From Syntrophaceae bacterium (lineage in GTDB: Bacteria > Desulfobacterota > Syntrophia > Syntrophales > Smithellaceae), in contig WRPE01000006.1 in NCBI GenBank assembly GCA_009773315.1, forward strand, positions 11,157 through 75,156: 64,000 bases of DNA. The letters are read 5' to 3'. Within the stretch, counting starts at the first letter, position 1, and each line of letters begins with the position of its first letter. The notes under the pieces are model-generated. The model worked only from the letters and a program-made list of their open reading frames with translations. It ran no database searches and was not told the DNA's origin. Both the position numbers and the translations under genes were made by a program. Positions 1 to 10,414 of the stretch are shown here, in pieces.

Positions 1-1166
1 TTCTCCGCAGGGGCCTTGTCGCCCTTAAAGGAGAGCACTGCCTTGTCGACGACGGAGTCAACCTTGTTCAGCCCCCGCATAAAGACATTCTGCTTGGCCG
101 CCTCACCGCTCGCCTCGAGTTCCGCCTTTTTTGCCGCCACCGCCGCCGGGGCGTTTTCCAGCCAGTAGGTTTTAATATCCTGGACCATTTTCTTGGGCGA
201 CAGAGGCTTGCCGGTCAGATAAGCCGGGCAACCGTCCTGGCAGCGTCCGCAGCGCGTGCAGGCGTCGGAATCAAAAATCTGCTTCCAGGTAAATTCGTCC
301 AGCTTGCCCACGCCAAACGCTTCCGCATTTTCAAAGTCGCGGATCGGTTCAATGTAACCGGTCGGCTTATGGGACTGGAGGAAATGATTCGCAGGTGTCG
401 TAATGATATGCAACAGGCGCGAATAGGGAATATAAGCAATAAATCCCAGAGCGATAAGCGCATGCACCCACCAGCTCACCTGATGGAGGGTTCTGGCGGT
501 GTCGATTGCGATACCCGTAAACGTCTGGGCCAGAAGCCAGCCGACGAACGACCAGACTTCCCAGGGCGGATTCGTAACATGAATACGAAGCGCTTCCACA
601 ATGAAACCGGTTACGCAGATTACGCCGATGAGCAGCAGAACAATCACGTCATCCGGCGTGTTATCCATCTTACCTTTGTAACCCAGCCGATCGGGCTTTT
701 TAACAAACCGGCGATCCAGGGCAAGCACCACGCCGATGATAACGAAGAGCCCGAAGAGATCCAGAAGAAATGAGAAGATTAAATAAAAATTGCCTTTCAG
801 GAAAGTCCAGCCAAAGAGAGGTTCTGTGATGTGATGCTGTCCTGCGTCAAATGCGGCGCCGAAAATCAAAACAAAGAAACCGAAAAAAATCAGGCCGTGT
901 ATCACGCCCGGATAAGGATCTTTCAGCACCTTCTTCTGCAGGAATAATTCCGTCAGAACCGTCTTGACCCTTCGCCCCATGTCATCCAGGCGCATTTCCG
1001 GCTTGCCTATCGCCTTCCACATGTTCCAGCGGCGATAAATGCCGTACCCAAATATGGCCAAAGCAATAAAGGTCAGGGAAAAAAGGAATACTTCGGAAAT
1101 CGGCAGAGGAATGTTCCAGAAAACCTCCCGACCCTCCAGACCTACATAAAATTCATGTTCTTTCAT
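1..1166 (-). CDS. ETF-linked membrane Fe-S oxidoreductase (polytopic N-terminal domain plus ferredoxin-type cluster motif); C-terminus lies beyond the window edge
   Basis: Absent from the ORF track because it runs off the window. ATG at 1166-1164 (minus) is preceded by GGAGG (AAGTTGGAGGATCA-ATG). My hand translation (MKEHEFYVGLEGREVFWNIPLPISEVFLFSLTFIALAIFGYGIYRRW...) stays open to position 1. It shows several hydrophobic helices and a CTRCGRCQDGCP (CxxCxxCxxxCP) motif at 260-225. It lies directly downstream of etfBA, as in HdrD/GlpC-like ETF partners. Confidence 0.6.
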   Translation of the reverse strand, partial: MKEHEFYVGLEGREVFWNIPLPISEVFLFSLTFIALAIFGYGIYRRWNMWKAIGKPEMRLDDMGRRVKTVLTELFLQKKVLKDPYPGVIHGLIFFGFFVLIFGAAFDAGQHHITEPLFGWTFLKGNFYLIFSFLLDLFGLFVIIGVVLALDRRFVKKPDRLGYKGKMDNTPDDVIVLLLIGVICVTGFIVEALRIHVTNPPWEVWSFVGWLLAQTFTGIAIDTARTLHQVSWWVHALIALGFIAYIPYSRLLHIITTPANHFLQSHKPTGYIEPIRDFENAEAFGVGKLDEFTWKQIFDSDACTRCGRCQDGCPAYLTGKPLSPKKMVQDIKTYWLENAPAAVAAKKAELEASGEAAKQNVFMRGLNKVDSVVDKAVLSFKGDKAPAE

Positions 1167-1222
1167 TGATCCTCCAACTTATATTGAGGGCTGCTTTGTT
1201 TCTTTTCGAATATGAGCTCTTC

Positions 1223-1262
1223 AAAAAAAAGGTCTTTGCCCCGCATCACGGGGCAAAGACCT
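1223..1262 (-). terminator. Rho-independent terminator after etfA
   Basis: Perfect 13-bp stem GGTCTTTGCCCCG (1231-1243) / CGGGGCAAAGACC (1249-1261) with a 5-nt loop. On the minus strand it is followed by a U8 tract (A8 at 1223-1230 on plus). Confidence 0.7.
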
Positions 1263-1269
1263 TTGGTTT

Positions 1270-2253
1270 TTAAGCAACCAGCTTCTTGCAGACGGCTGTC
1301 AATTCGGGTATGACCTTGAACAGATCATCCACCACACCGTAATCGGCTTTCGTGAAAATGGGCGCTTCCGCATCTTTGTTGATCGCCACGATGCATTTGG
1401 AAGAGCTCATGCCGGCCAGATGCTGAATCGCGCCGGAAATACCGCACGCGATGTACAGGTTCGGAGAAACAACTTTACCGGTCTGTCCGACCTGATCTTT
1501 CTGTAGTTTCCAGCCGGCATCGACTGCCGCGCGGGACGCGCCGACCGTGCCTTTGAGCACTTCGGCCAGTTCTTCGAGAATCGAGAATCCCTCGGGGCCT
1601 TTCATGCCGCGACCACCGGAGACAATCACGTTGGCTTCCGTCAAATCGACTTTACCACTGGTGTCTTTCTGAACTTCCAGAATTTTGCTCTTGATCGACG
1701 CTGCATCCACAGCCGCGTCCACTTTCACAACAGCCCCGGCTTTGGCATTTTCAGCCGCCGGAAACACATTGGGACGCAAAGATGCCATCGCAGGCGTTGC
1801 GCTGGTGACGATTTCGCCAAAGCACTTTCCTGCATACATGGGACGAATGGCAACAAATTTGCCGCCGTCAAGCTTTACATCCGTACAATCTGTGGCGAGA
1901 CCCGTGGCTAATTTTGCGGCCACGCGGGCGGACAGATCTTTACCCTGAACCGACGCGCCCAAAAGCAGGATGGCCGGATCATTTTCTTTAACCACTTTGG
2001 CGACCACGGTTGCGTGGGCTTCGGTGATGTAAGGTTCCATGGCGGCATTGTCGCCCACAAAAACTTTATCTACACCGTATTTGCCGAGCTCTACGGCCAA
2101 ACCTTCTATACCTGAACCAAGCAGAATGGCGCTGACTTCATCGCCGCTCTGGTCGGCAAGCTTGCGGGCTGTCGAGGCCAGTTCCAAACTGATTTTCCTA
2201 AGCGCGCCGTCCCGCTGTTCTGCTACTATCATGACTCCTTTTGCCATTTTCAA
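1270..2253 (-). CDS. etfA: Electron transfer flavoprotein alpha subunit
   Basis: 327-aa ORF with an ETF-alpha-type C-terminal FAD region ([20 protein letters not shown]). It starts 16 nt after etfB. Confidence 0.9.
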   Translation of the reverse strand: MKMAKGVMIVAEQRDGALRKISLELASTARKLADQSGDEVSAILLGSGIEGLAVELGKYGVDKVFVGDNAAMEPYITEAHATVVAKVVKENDPAILLLGASVQGKDLSARVAAKLATGLATDCTDVKLDGGKFVAIRPMYAGKCFGEIVTSATPAMASLRPNVFPAAENAKAGAVVKVDAAVDAASIKSKILEVQKDTSGKVDLTEANVIVSGGRGMKGPEGFSILEELAEVLKGTVGASRAAVDAGWKLQKDQVGQTGKVVSPNLYIACGISGAIQHLAGMSSSKCIVAINKDAEAPIFTKADYGVVDDLFKVIPELTAVCKKLVA

Positions 2254-2269
2254 TTCCTCCGCTTCTTAA

Positions 2270-3046
2270 TTAAATAGCTTTTGCTTCTTCTCTGAGTAAC
2301 CGGCCTAATTCCGCCGCCTTTTGCGCGGGCTCATCTCCGCAGATGATCTTTCCGGGAGGCCTGGCCGGAGGTGGAACAGTCTTGGCTACTTTCGCTTTCG
2401 CGTCGGTGGCAATACCAACGGCGGCAGCGTCTTTCACATCAACTGGTTTCTTCTTCGCTTTCATGATGCCGGGCAACGACGCGTAACGCGGTTCATTAAG
2501 ACCCTTCTGACATGTCACCACGCAGGGCAGTGCTGTCTCAATCAGAAGTTGTGCGCCTTCAATGGGGCGGATCACTTTGACGGAGGTACCGGCAAAATCC
2601 AGCTTGGTGACCAGCGTTAACTGCGGCAGACCCAGAGCTTCAGCCAGCATGGCGCCGACCTGACCTGAGTCATCATCAATGGCGCGCTGTCCGCAGAAAA
2701 TGATGTCGTGGGGCAGTGTTTTGATCACGGCTGCCAGAGCATTGGCGACAACAAAAGCATCGGCACTGTCAAAAGCCGGGTCGCAAATGTGCACACCCTT
2801 ATCGGCGCCCATGGCCAGAGCCGTACGGATGGTTTCCATCGCTCTTGCGGGGCCGACGGACACGACCGTCACTTCGCCGCCGTTCTTTTCCTTCAATTTC
2901 AATGCTTCTTCCACACCAAATTCATCGTAGGGATTCATAACCCACTTGATCTGGCCTTCTTCGATACCTGAACCGTCAGCTTTGACTTTGATCTGTGCTT
3001 CGGTATCCGGCACTTGCTTTACGCATGCAATAATATTCACTGTCAA
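2270..3046 (-). CDS. etfB: Electron transfer flavoprotein beta subunit
   Basis: 258-aa ORF with an N-terminus (IIACVKQVPDTE) typical of ETF beta. It is paired with etfA. Confidence 0.9.
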   Translation of the reverse strand: MTVNIIACVKQVPDTEAQIKVKADGSGIEEGQIKWVMNPYDEFGVEEALKLKEKNGGEVTVVSVGPARAMETIRTALAMGADKGVHICDPAFDSADAFVVANALAAVIKTLPHDIIFCGQRAIDDDSGQVGAMLAEALGLPQLTLVTKLDFAGTSVKVIRPIEGAQLLIETALPCVVTCQKGLNEPRYASLPGIMKAKKKPVDVKDAAAVGIATDAKAKVAKTVPPPARPPGKIICGDEPAQKAAELGRLLREEAKAI

Positions 3047-3121
3047 AAACCTCCTTCTCCTGCACGTCGCTTAAGCAGAGGCGGCACGTGCATTTCATTT
3101 TTTCTTTTAAACATTCATTCT

Positions 3122-3158
3122 ATAAAAATGCCCGATTCTCCCGGAAGAGAATCGGGCG
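3122..3158 (-). terminator. Rho-independent terminator after acs
   Basis: 11-bp stem GCCCGATTCTC (3130-3140) / GAGAATCGGGC (3147-3157) with a 6-nt loop. On the minus strand AUUUUUAUA follows. Confidence 0.6.
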
Positions 3159-3164
3159 CCTATG

Positions 3165-5138
3165 CTACAGTCTGTTCTTTACGATGTCCTCAACCACGGA
3201 CGGATCAGCAAGCGTGCTGATATCACCCAGGTTACTGACGTCATTGGCAGCGACTTTCTTCAAGATTCTTCTCATGATCTTGCCACTGCGGGTCTTGGGA
3301 AGACCGTCTGCCCACTGAATCTTGTCGGGGGTAGCAATCGGCCCGATGACTACGCGAACATGAGCGATCAACTCTTTCTTCAACTCTTCGGATTTTGCAA
3401 CACCAGTCTTCAGGGTAACGTAAGCGTAAATTCCCTGGCCTTTGATGTCATGCGGCATTCCAACGACGGCTGCTTCTGCAACAGACGCGTGAGCAACCAG
3501 AGCGCTTTCGACTTCGGCTGTTCCCATGCGGTGACCGGAAACATTGATAACATCGTCGATACGACCGGTGATCTGATAGTAACCATCTTTGTCGCGGCGG
3601 CAGCCGTCACCGGTTACATAGTAGCCGGGGAACTGTTCAAAGTAGGTTTCCTGGAATCTCTTGGGATCGCCATAGACGCCCCTCATGATGCCGGGCCATG
3701 GTACTTTGATGCACAGTGCGCCGCTGGCCACTGTATCGGTGAATTCTTTTCCTTCGTCATCCACAAGCACCGGCTGTACGCCGAAGAACGGCATAGTGGC
3801 CATACCCGGTTTGATATCAATAGCGCCGGGAAGCGGGGTAATCAGAATTCCGCCGGTTTCCGTCTGCCACCAGGTATCCACGATGGGGCATTGACCTTTA
3901 CCGATCATATTGTAATACCAATTCCACGCTTCGGGGTTAATCGGCTCGCCGACGGTTCCCAGAATGCGCAACGATGAAATGTCTGCTTTACCAACCCATT
4001 CGTCGCCTTCTTTGGCAATCGCGCGGATAGCGGTAGGTGCGGTGTAGAAAATGTTAACTTTGTATTTTTCGACCACCTGCCAGAAACGGCTGTAGGTCGG
4101 GTAATTGGGCACGCCTTCAAACATAACGGATGTCGCGCCGTTGCAAAGCGGTCCGTAAACAATGTAGCTGTGACCGGTGACCCAGCCCAGGTCGGCCGTG
4201 CACCAATAGACGTCGCCGTCATGATAATCGAAAACGATCTTGTGGGTGTAAGAAGTGTAAACCAGGTAACCGCCCGTGGTGTGCATAACGCCTTTGGGCT
4301 GTCCAGTTGAACCTGACGTATAGAGGATGAACAGAGGATCTTCGGCATCCATCCATTCCGGTTCGCACTTGGCATCAACTTTAGCCATTTCTTCATGGTA
4401 CCATTTGTCACGGCCGGCCGTCATATCACACTTGATTTTGTCGCCAACTCTGTTGACTACGATAACCGTCTTGATTGAAGGACAGGATTTTAAAGCGTCA
4501 TCGGCAATGGCTTTCTGGGGAACAGCCTTGTTGCCGCGGAAGGTGCCGTCGCAAACCACCAATACTTTGGCGCTGCAGTTGATAATTCTGTCGCGCAGAG
4601 CGTCAGCGCTGAATCCACCAAACACGATGCCGTGAATGGCGCCGATGCGGGAGCAGGCCAGCGTGGCAATCGCCAATTGCGGAACCATCGGCATATACAG
4701 AACAACGCGGTCGCCCTTCACAACGCCATTGGCTTTCAGAACGTTGGCAAACTTGCAAACTTCTTCGTGCAGCATCTTGTAGGTGTATGCTTTTTCTTCG
4801 CCCGGCTCATTGCCTTCCCACTGAATCGCAACCTGATTGCCGCGTTTTTCGAGGTGTCTGTCGAGACAGTTGTAAGAAATGTTGAGTTTAGCACCTTCAA
4901 AGAATTTCACATAGATGGGACCTTTTTTAATATCAAAGTTGTAATCCATAACTTTGTCCCACTTCTTAAACCATGTCACCTGCTGCTCGGCGATTTCCGC
5001 CCAAAAAGCTTCCGGCTGCTCAGTAGATTTTTTCCACATTGCATCATAGGCAGCTCTTCCGCTGACCCAGGCATTCTTCTTCATTTTTTCCGTAACCGGA
5101 TATATCTCCTTCAATTGAACCTTCCCTGCATCCGCCAT
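3165..5138 (-). CDS. acs: Acetyl-CoA synthetase (AMP-forming)
   Basis: 657-aa ORF with the AMP-binding signature [11 protein letters not shown] and C-terminal [11 protein letters not shown]. Length and termini are typical of ACS. Confidence 0.92.
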   Translation of the reverse strand: MADAGKVQLKEIYPVTEKMKKNAWVSGRAAYDAMWKKSTEQPEAFWAEIAEQQVTWFKKWDKVMDYNFDIKKGPIYVKFFEGAKLNISYNCLDRHLEKRGNQVAIQWEGNEPGEEKAYTYKMLHEEVCKFANVLKANGVVKGDRVVLYMPMVPQLAIATLACSRIGAIHGIVFGGFSADALRDRIINCSAKVLVVCDGTFRGNKAVPQKAIADDALKSCPSIKTVIVVNRVGDKIKCDMTAGRDKWYHEEMAKVDAKCEPEWMDAEDPLFILYTSGSTGQPKGVMHTTGGYLVYTSYTHKIVFDYHDGDVYWCTADLGWVTGHSYIVYGPLCNGATSVMFEGVPNYPTYSRFWQVVEKYKVNIFYTAPTAIRAIAKEGDEWVGKADISSLRILGTVGEPINPEAWNWYYNMIGKGQCPIVDTWWQTETGGILITPLPGAIDIKPGMATMPFFGVQPVLVDDEGKEFTDTVASGALCIKVPWPGIMRGVYGDPKRFQETYFEQFPGYYVTGDGCRRDKDGYYQITGRIDDVINVSGHRMGTAEVESALVAHASVAEAAVVGMPHDIKGQGIYAYVTLKTGVAKSEELKKELIAHVRVVIGPIATPDKIQWADGLPKTRSGKIMRRILKKVAANDVSNLGDISTLADPSVVEDIVKNRL

Positions 5139-5736
5139 GTTAAATATTCCTCCTAGTTTTAAATTTTTGAATTTTCAAACGTTTGCTCAACGTTTCGCCA
5201 AAAAATAACTTATCCATTTAATTCAAGGCACTCATTCCTACGTAAGATTTTTGAAACACCGCCACTCTTTATTTTCCGCAGCATCGAGCACCGCTTTTAA
5301 ATGCCATAGATTAACTGGGAATAAGCCTGCAAACACGAGCGCCCAGTATGCTTAAGGTGTGCAATGAGTAAGTTAACTCATTAGAGTTGAGGTGTGCACC
5401 GCCATCTGTGAACACATTAAAACTTTATTTTTACCTTAAGCGGCGAAGCGCCCGAGAAAGCTCGCCTGCGTCACTTTTTCATTAAAGAATTAACTATTTG
5501 CCCCTGATGCGCATGTTTTAGACGGGGCGTCACTTTTTTCAAAGCGCTAAAAGTATTGAATCTTACTGATTTCTGAACATGAGGTCAAAATTTGACCGCA
5601 AGTCAATTTATCCTTGGGGACTCACCTACTCTAATATCAACATCCTGTCAAGAAATATTTAGAGCGGCAGACAGGACACTACAGACGGGGTTGTGCAGAG
5701 CCTATTAACTATAATATTAATAATAAAATCAAGATA

Positions 5737-8268
5737 TTATAATGGCATGACCTGAGTTATTCCGGAACTCAAATGAGCAGCCATGCCGACTACTAAACAA
5801 TGAAGTGCAACGTCGTCCAGGATCTTGTTTTTGTCGATATCCGTCACGTAAAAGACATCGCATGCCCGATCATTCCTTGTGGATAATTTTGCGGCCACGA
5901 CGTTGATGTTATTTTCATGAAAGCACCAGGCAATCTTGTGCAAAAGACCGAAATTGTCCGCCGTCTCGATTTCAACAATCGTCGCCACCAGGGAATCCTT
6001 ATTGTTGATACGGATATCAATAACTTTGTTTTCATTGATACCGCGAAGTAACGGAGGAGGATACTTTCTAATTCGATCAGCCACCAGACTGTCCACCCGG
6101 ACACAATCACTCTTGATCAGTTCCCATTTTTGAAAAATGTTCGCCAACCGTTTTTCAGACGCCAGCCGCGGTTTATCCGGTGGTTCGACATGAAAAATAT
6201 CGAGCACTTTCTGATCCGGCGTGGAATGAATTTTTGCGCTCAGGATATTGTAGCCTTCCGACGTCATACAACCAATGATGTCGCTTAGCAATCCAACCCG
6301 GTCGGGCGCACAAACGATCCATCGTTCAAAACCGGCAAAAACCTTTTGATGGAGATGCAAACCATCTTTATCCACCCGTGCCAGCCACTGTAGATGCTCT
6401 GCCCGCTCGCCAGGCAGTAGATCATCTACATAAGGATAATCCGCAGAAGGCATGTGATGCACATTCTTTGTTCCATGTTCGCTCTGGTCAAGAATGCGAT
6501 AAACACGATCATACAATTGCTCCAGTTGATAAGCTTTCCAACCCGTCCACGTGTTATGACCCACGCTGCGGATATCGGCAATGGTCAACAAATAAAGAAG
6601 ATTCAATGTCTCAACATCGGCAATCTCCGCCGCAAACAAATCCAGATTATGGTCCTCAAAGTCTCTGAGCAGCGAGAGATTGGACATATCGAGATGATGC
6701 GCAACAAGAAATTGGATTTGTGAAACCTGTTCCCCTATTAATCCCAGATGCTCACAGAGCTCCCCGGCAATCACCGCGCCGTTTTGCGTGTGATCACCGG
6801 CTTCGGCCTTGCCGATGTCGTGCAGTAAAACAGCCAGGCGGAGAATCATTTTGTTGGAAAGGCCGGCATAAATTCCCCTAATCTTGTCATCCGCGTTTCC
6901 GGCAAATTCGTCACAGACCCCTATGGCCATTAGAGAATGCTGATCAATGGTAAATTCATGGTATTGATCATACTCCACTTTGCAGGCCAGCGCCGCAAAT
7001 GGCGGTATCATTTTCGACAAAAGACCGGTTTCATGCATGACCAACAAAACCTGGCTCAGGGCATCCGGCCAGGCCAAAATAGACAGAAAAACATCTCCCG
7101 CCGCCTTAGATTTAAAGCCTTCAGGATTCGTAACCTCGACGGCGTGCCGGATTTTATTGCGCAGCTCAACGCTCAAAGTTCCCTGACAAGCCAGTGAGTG
7201 TTTGAATATCCGCAAAACCGATTCGGGGTGATCCAATTGAAATTTTTTCCTGTCATGCAGAAATATAATGCCGTCCAAAAGCGAGATACCGGGCTCGATT
7301 TCAAGTGAACTGACCCGGCGGCGGACGTCGCTCCAAATGCTTTTGCCGGAAAGATCTTTCTCTAAAAAAGAAAGCAGACACAACCGGATGTCACGAACGG
7401 TTTTGAAATAAACCTCGAGAAGACGTCCGGTATGTTTTCCTTTGAAACCGTAGCGGGCGGCAATAGCATCCTGATACTGCATTTCCAGAATATCCAGCCG
7501 CTGCCTCGCTGCAACATGCAACACGGAACGCAAGCCGGTGAGAAAGGCGTAGCCGGACGCGAGCATTTTAGTTTCAGCTAAGGAGAATCCCGACTTGGCG
7601 TGAAGCTGTGCAAACCCAACGGTGCCTTGCTTCACACGCTCCGCCCACAGCAGGCGCTGACAGTCTCGAAGCGTGCAAATGCCGTTTTTCAAATCCGGCT
7701 CTATGCGATACAGAGAATTTTCAGAGGAATACAGCCCGCCGCGCAGTGCAGCCGATATTTCCCCGATATACTCTTTTTTCTTCTTTTTAAAATAAGGCCG
7801 GATACTGTCTTTTTGAAGCAACTCATATAAGCCTTGGTCGCCAGATAGATAGCGGCTTTCCAATAGAGCCGTATCCGTAGCCAGGTCTTCGCCCATAATG
7901 GCGCGGCACTCATCCAACGTGCGAACAACGCAACCCATCGTAAGACCGATATTCCAGAAATCTTTCACGACAGCGCCAAGCATCTCCGAGTCATGTCGGT
8001 CGCGGTGGAGAATCAAAATATCTATATCGGAGTAAGGCCAAAGCTCGCTGCGGCCATAGCCGCCCAGGGCGACCAGACAATAGTCCCGATCGGCAGCAGG
8101 TCGATCGATATGGCGGCGGTAAATCGTGCGCAGGGCGTCGTCAACATACCGGCTGAATGTGTGAATCACCGCAACAGGCTCGACGATGGCGCGTTCCGGA
8201 GAAAAAACGGTATCGCGCGCAGCCGCAAGGCGTGATTTAATCTCTAGCGGGGTCATCACATGTCCCAC
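5737..8268 (-). CDS. glnD: [Protein-PII] uridylyltransferase/uridylyl-removing enzyme
   Basis: 843-aa ORF with a nucleotidyltransferase motif (GGYGRSELWPYSDIDILIL), an HD domain (LLHDIGK) and two C-terminal ACT-like repeats. The GTG start overlaps the glnK stop by 1 nt; an alternative ATG lies at 8256. Confidence 0.85.
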   Translation of the reverse strand: MGHVMTPLEIKSRLAAARDTVFSPERAIVEPVAVIHTFSRYVDDALRTIYRRHIDRPAADRDYCLVALGGYGRSELWPYSDIDILILHRDRHDSEMLGAVVKDFWNIGLTMGCVVRTLDECRAIMGEDLATDTALLESRYLSGDQGLYELLQKDSIRPYFKKKKKEYIGEISAALRGGLYSSENSLYRIEPDLKNGICTLRDCQRLLWAERVKQGTVGFAQLHAKSGFSLAETKMLASGYAFLTGLRSVLHVAARQRLDILEMQYQDAIAARYGFKGKHTGRLLEVYFKTVRDIRLCLLSFLEKDLSGKSIWSDVRRRVSSLEIEPGISLLDGIIFLHDRKKFQLDHPESVLRIFKHSLACQGTLSVELRNKIRHAVEVTNPEGFKSKAAGDVFLSILAWPDALSQVLLVMHETGLLSKMIPPFAALACKVEYDQYHEFTIDQHSLMAIGVCDEFAGNADDKIRGIYAGLSNKMILRLAVLLHDIGKAEAGDHTQNGAVIAGELCEHLGLIGEQVSQIQFLVAHHLDMSNLSLLRDFEDHNLDLFAAEIADVETLNLLYLLTIADIRSVGHNTWTGWKAYQLEQLYDRVYRILDQSEHGTKNVHHMPSADYPYVDDLLPGERAEHLQWLARVDKDGLHLHQKVFAGFERWIVCAPDRVGLLSDIIGCMTSEGYNILSAKIHSTPDQKVLDIFHVEPPDKPRLASEKRLANIFQKWELIKSDCVRVDSLVADRIRKYPPPLLRGINENKVIDIRINNKDSLVATIVEIETADNFGLLHKIAWCFHENNINVVAAKLSTRNDRACDVFYVTDIDKNKILDDVALHCLVVGMAAHLSSGITQVMPL

Positions 8269-8615
8269 TAAATCGCTTCCGGACCGCGCTCACCGGTGCT
8301 GATACGCATCACGTCATCCATCGGCAGGATGAAAATCTTCCCGTCGCCGATTTTGCCTTCCGTGCCGGTGCGCGCTGCCTTGGCAATCGCCTGGACGGTC
8401 TGTTCCTGATACATGTCTTCCACGGCAATCTCGAGTTTGACCTTGCGGATGAAATTGATTTTATATTCATGTCCGCGATAAGTTTCCGTATGGCCTTTTT
8501 GCCGACCGATTCCCTGAACATCGGACACAGTCAGACGAAACACCTCGATGTGGCTCAGCGCCTCTTTTACCGCTTCCAGACGCGTCGGCTGAACAATAGC
8601 GATAATATATTTCAT
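8268..8615 (-). CDS. glnK: Nitrogen regulatory protein P-II
   Basis: 115-aa ORF with a T-loop (GRQKGHTETYRGHEY) carrying the conserved Tyr. It lies immediately downstream of the ammonium transporter. Confidence 0.9.
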   Translation of the reverse strand: MKYIIAIVQPTRLEAVKEALSHIEVFRLTVSDVQGIGRQKGHTETYRGHEYKINFIRKVKLEIAVEDMYQEQTVQAIAKAARTGTEGKIGDGKIFILPMDDVMRISTGERGPEAI

Positions 8616-8640
8616 GGCATTCTCTCCTTATGATAAAAAT

Positions 8641-9879
8641 CTATCGGCGGATATCCTGTTCGGGGTAAGCGGATATATTATGGATGCTGAGATCAGCGCC
8701 GCGCATTTCATCTTCCTGGCTCAGACGGATTCCCACCGTATACTTGAGGGTTAAATACACCATCGTTCCGACGGTCAGCGCCACGACGATCGACGCAAAC
8801 GTTCCCGCCACCTGCGCGCCCAGAGAAATACCTCCCATGCCGCCAAAAACTTTCTGTCCGAAAATTCCGGTCGCGATTCCACCCCACGAACCGGTGATGC
8901 CATGCAGCGGCCAAACACCCAGCACATCGTCGATTTTAAGTCTTTCTGTTTCCAGCTTGAAACCGAAGATAAAGATAATGGAGGCGATACCGCCAATCAG
9001 AAAAGCGCCGAAAGGATGAACGACGTCCGAACCGGAGCAGATGGCGATCAAACCGGCCAGCGCACCATTGTGAATAAAGCCCGGATCATTTTTGGAAAAG
9101 ACCAGCGCAAACAAAATGCCACCCACCATCGCGAAAAGCGAGTTAACGGCAACCAGACCGCTGATGGCTGAAATGTCCTGAGCGCTCATGACATTGAAGC
9201 CAAACCAGCCGATAGCCAGTATCCAGCTGCCCAACGCCAGAAATGGAATATTGGATACGGGAATGCCCTGACTGATGCCGTTTTGCCAGCGCCCGATTCT
9301 CTGTCCCAGAATCACAATAGCCGGTAGCGCCAGCCATCCGCCCATGGAATGCACAACCACGGAGCCTGCATAATCGTGAAATTTAAGACCGGTCGTGGCG
9401 ACAAGCCAATCCTGAAAAAAACTAAAGCGACCCCAGATGACCGATTCAAATAAAGGGTAACACAACCCGGCCAGAATGGCGCCTGCCAGCAGTTGCGGCC
9501 AAAACTTGGCGCGCTCCGCAATCCCACCGGAAATAATCGCCGGAATACAGGCGGCAAAAGTGGTCAGGAAGAAGCAGTGAACCAGATCAAATCCGCGTGC
9601 ACCGGCCACCACCTTGCCGTTTAAAAGATCTGCAAGGCTGCCTGCATCCATCCAGAAATTAATGCCGTAGGCAATGGGAAATCCGATGAGAAAATAAACA
9701 ACCGTGGACATTGACCAGTCCGCCAGAATTTTCACCAGCGCATTGATTTGATTTTTTTCGCGGACTGTGCCCACTTCCAGAAAAGCAAAACCCGCATGCA
9801 TGGCAAAAATCATGACGGCGCCCAGCATCAGAAAAAGCGTGTTGCCCGAATACTGAAGGGTTTGTACCGTAGCGTCCAT
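8641..9879 (-). CDS. amtB: Ammonium transporter (Amt family)
   Basis: 412-aa polytopic ORF with Amt-type motifs (AGFAFLEVG, VHSMGGW). AGGAGG RBS lies upstream of the ATG at 9879. Confidence 0.9.
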   Translation of the reverse strand: MDATVQTLQYSGNTLFLMLGAVMIFAMHAGFAFLEVGTVREKNQINALVKILADWSMSTVVYFLIGFPIAYGINFWMDAGSLADLLNGKVVAGARGFDLVHCFFLTTFAACIPAIISGGIAERAKFWPQLLAGAILAGLCYPLFESVIWGRFSFFQDWLVATTGLKFHDYAGSVVVHSMGGWLALPAIVILGQRIGRWQNGISQGIPVSNIPFLALGSWILAIGWFGFNVMSAQDISAISGLVAVNSLFAMVGGILFALVFSKNDPGFIHNGALAGLIAICSGSDVVHPFGAFLIGGIASIIFIFGFKLETERLKIDDVLGVWPLHGITGSWGGIATGIFGQKVFGGMGGISLGAQVAGTFASIVVALTVGTMVYLTLKYTVGIRLSQEDEMRGADLSIHNISAYPEQDIRR

Positions 9880-9930
9880 GAAACCTCCTGAACCAATAAT
9901 GTATTATCACCTTAAAACCATTGATACAGA

Positions 9931-9946
9931 AGCAAGGAGTTTGCCA
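9931..9946 (-). promoter_or_regulatory. Sigma-54 (-24/-12) promoter of amtB-glnK-glnD
   Basis: Minus strand reads TGGCAAACTCCTTGCT. GG and GC are spaced exactly as in the TGGCAC-N5-TTGC consensus. The site is about 50 nt upstream of the amtB ATG. Confidence 0.6.
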
Positions 9947-10374
9947 GGAAGTGACCGACGGTTATTTGCGCATTTCCATCGATCGAAATATAACTTTAAG
10001 CTATTGATACTTATAAATTATTTTTCGGAAGATGGGTTTCAATGCATCACGTCGAATAGCAAGATTCCATCATTTGCAGGCATACATATTTGTGTAGAAT
10101 GGCGTGTTACAAAACAATTGTGTACTTCATGAACCATCCCGCCGTCTTCGTCAATATATACTTAAACATGGTTTCCTCTCTTATCGTGCGGCGGGTTAAG
10201 CATTGTCTCGCCGCAAAGTTTTGGGGGATTATGACAGAAAAGCATCCTGATATGTATCAGTAAAGACTGGTTCAGTGTAAAAACCCGCTTGACTATTGTC
10301 CGGTATTATGATCATGGTCCATACAGAGCGTGCTATTTTTTAGAATACTGACTATCTTTTAATCAATGAGACGC

Positions 10375-10414
10375 AACCACCGGAACCGCTTTTTGTCCTG
10401 GTGGTTTTTTGTTT
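10375..10414 (+). terminator. Orphan terminator-like hairpin inside the amtB / RNA-binding-protein intergenic region
   Basis: Stem AACCACCGG (10375-10383) / CCTGGTGGTT (10397-10406), 9 bp including one G-U pair. It is followed by TTTTTTGTTT. No ORF lies upstream on the plus strand. Confidence 0.4.

Noticed and set aside
3162-3977. 271-aa plus-strand ORF, plus other ORFs between 3.4 and 5.2 kb
   Set aside because: It is antisense to, or out of frame with, the strongly supported acs gene. It has no recognisable motifs and is a typical shadow ORF.
5325-5345. Sigma-54-like TGGGCGC-N-TTTGCA on the minus strand upstream of acs
   Set aside because: The GG-to-GC spacing is off by one and the -24 element is poor. 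Not called.
10107-10169. 20-codon minus-strand mini-ORF (MFKYILTKTAGWFMKYTIVL) with a GAGG RBS
   Set aside because: It is too short to support without conservation or ribosome-profiling data, and it could be a chance occurrence in an AT-rich spacer.
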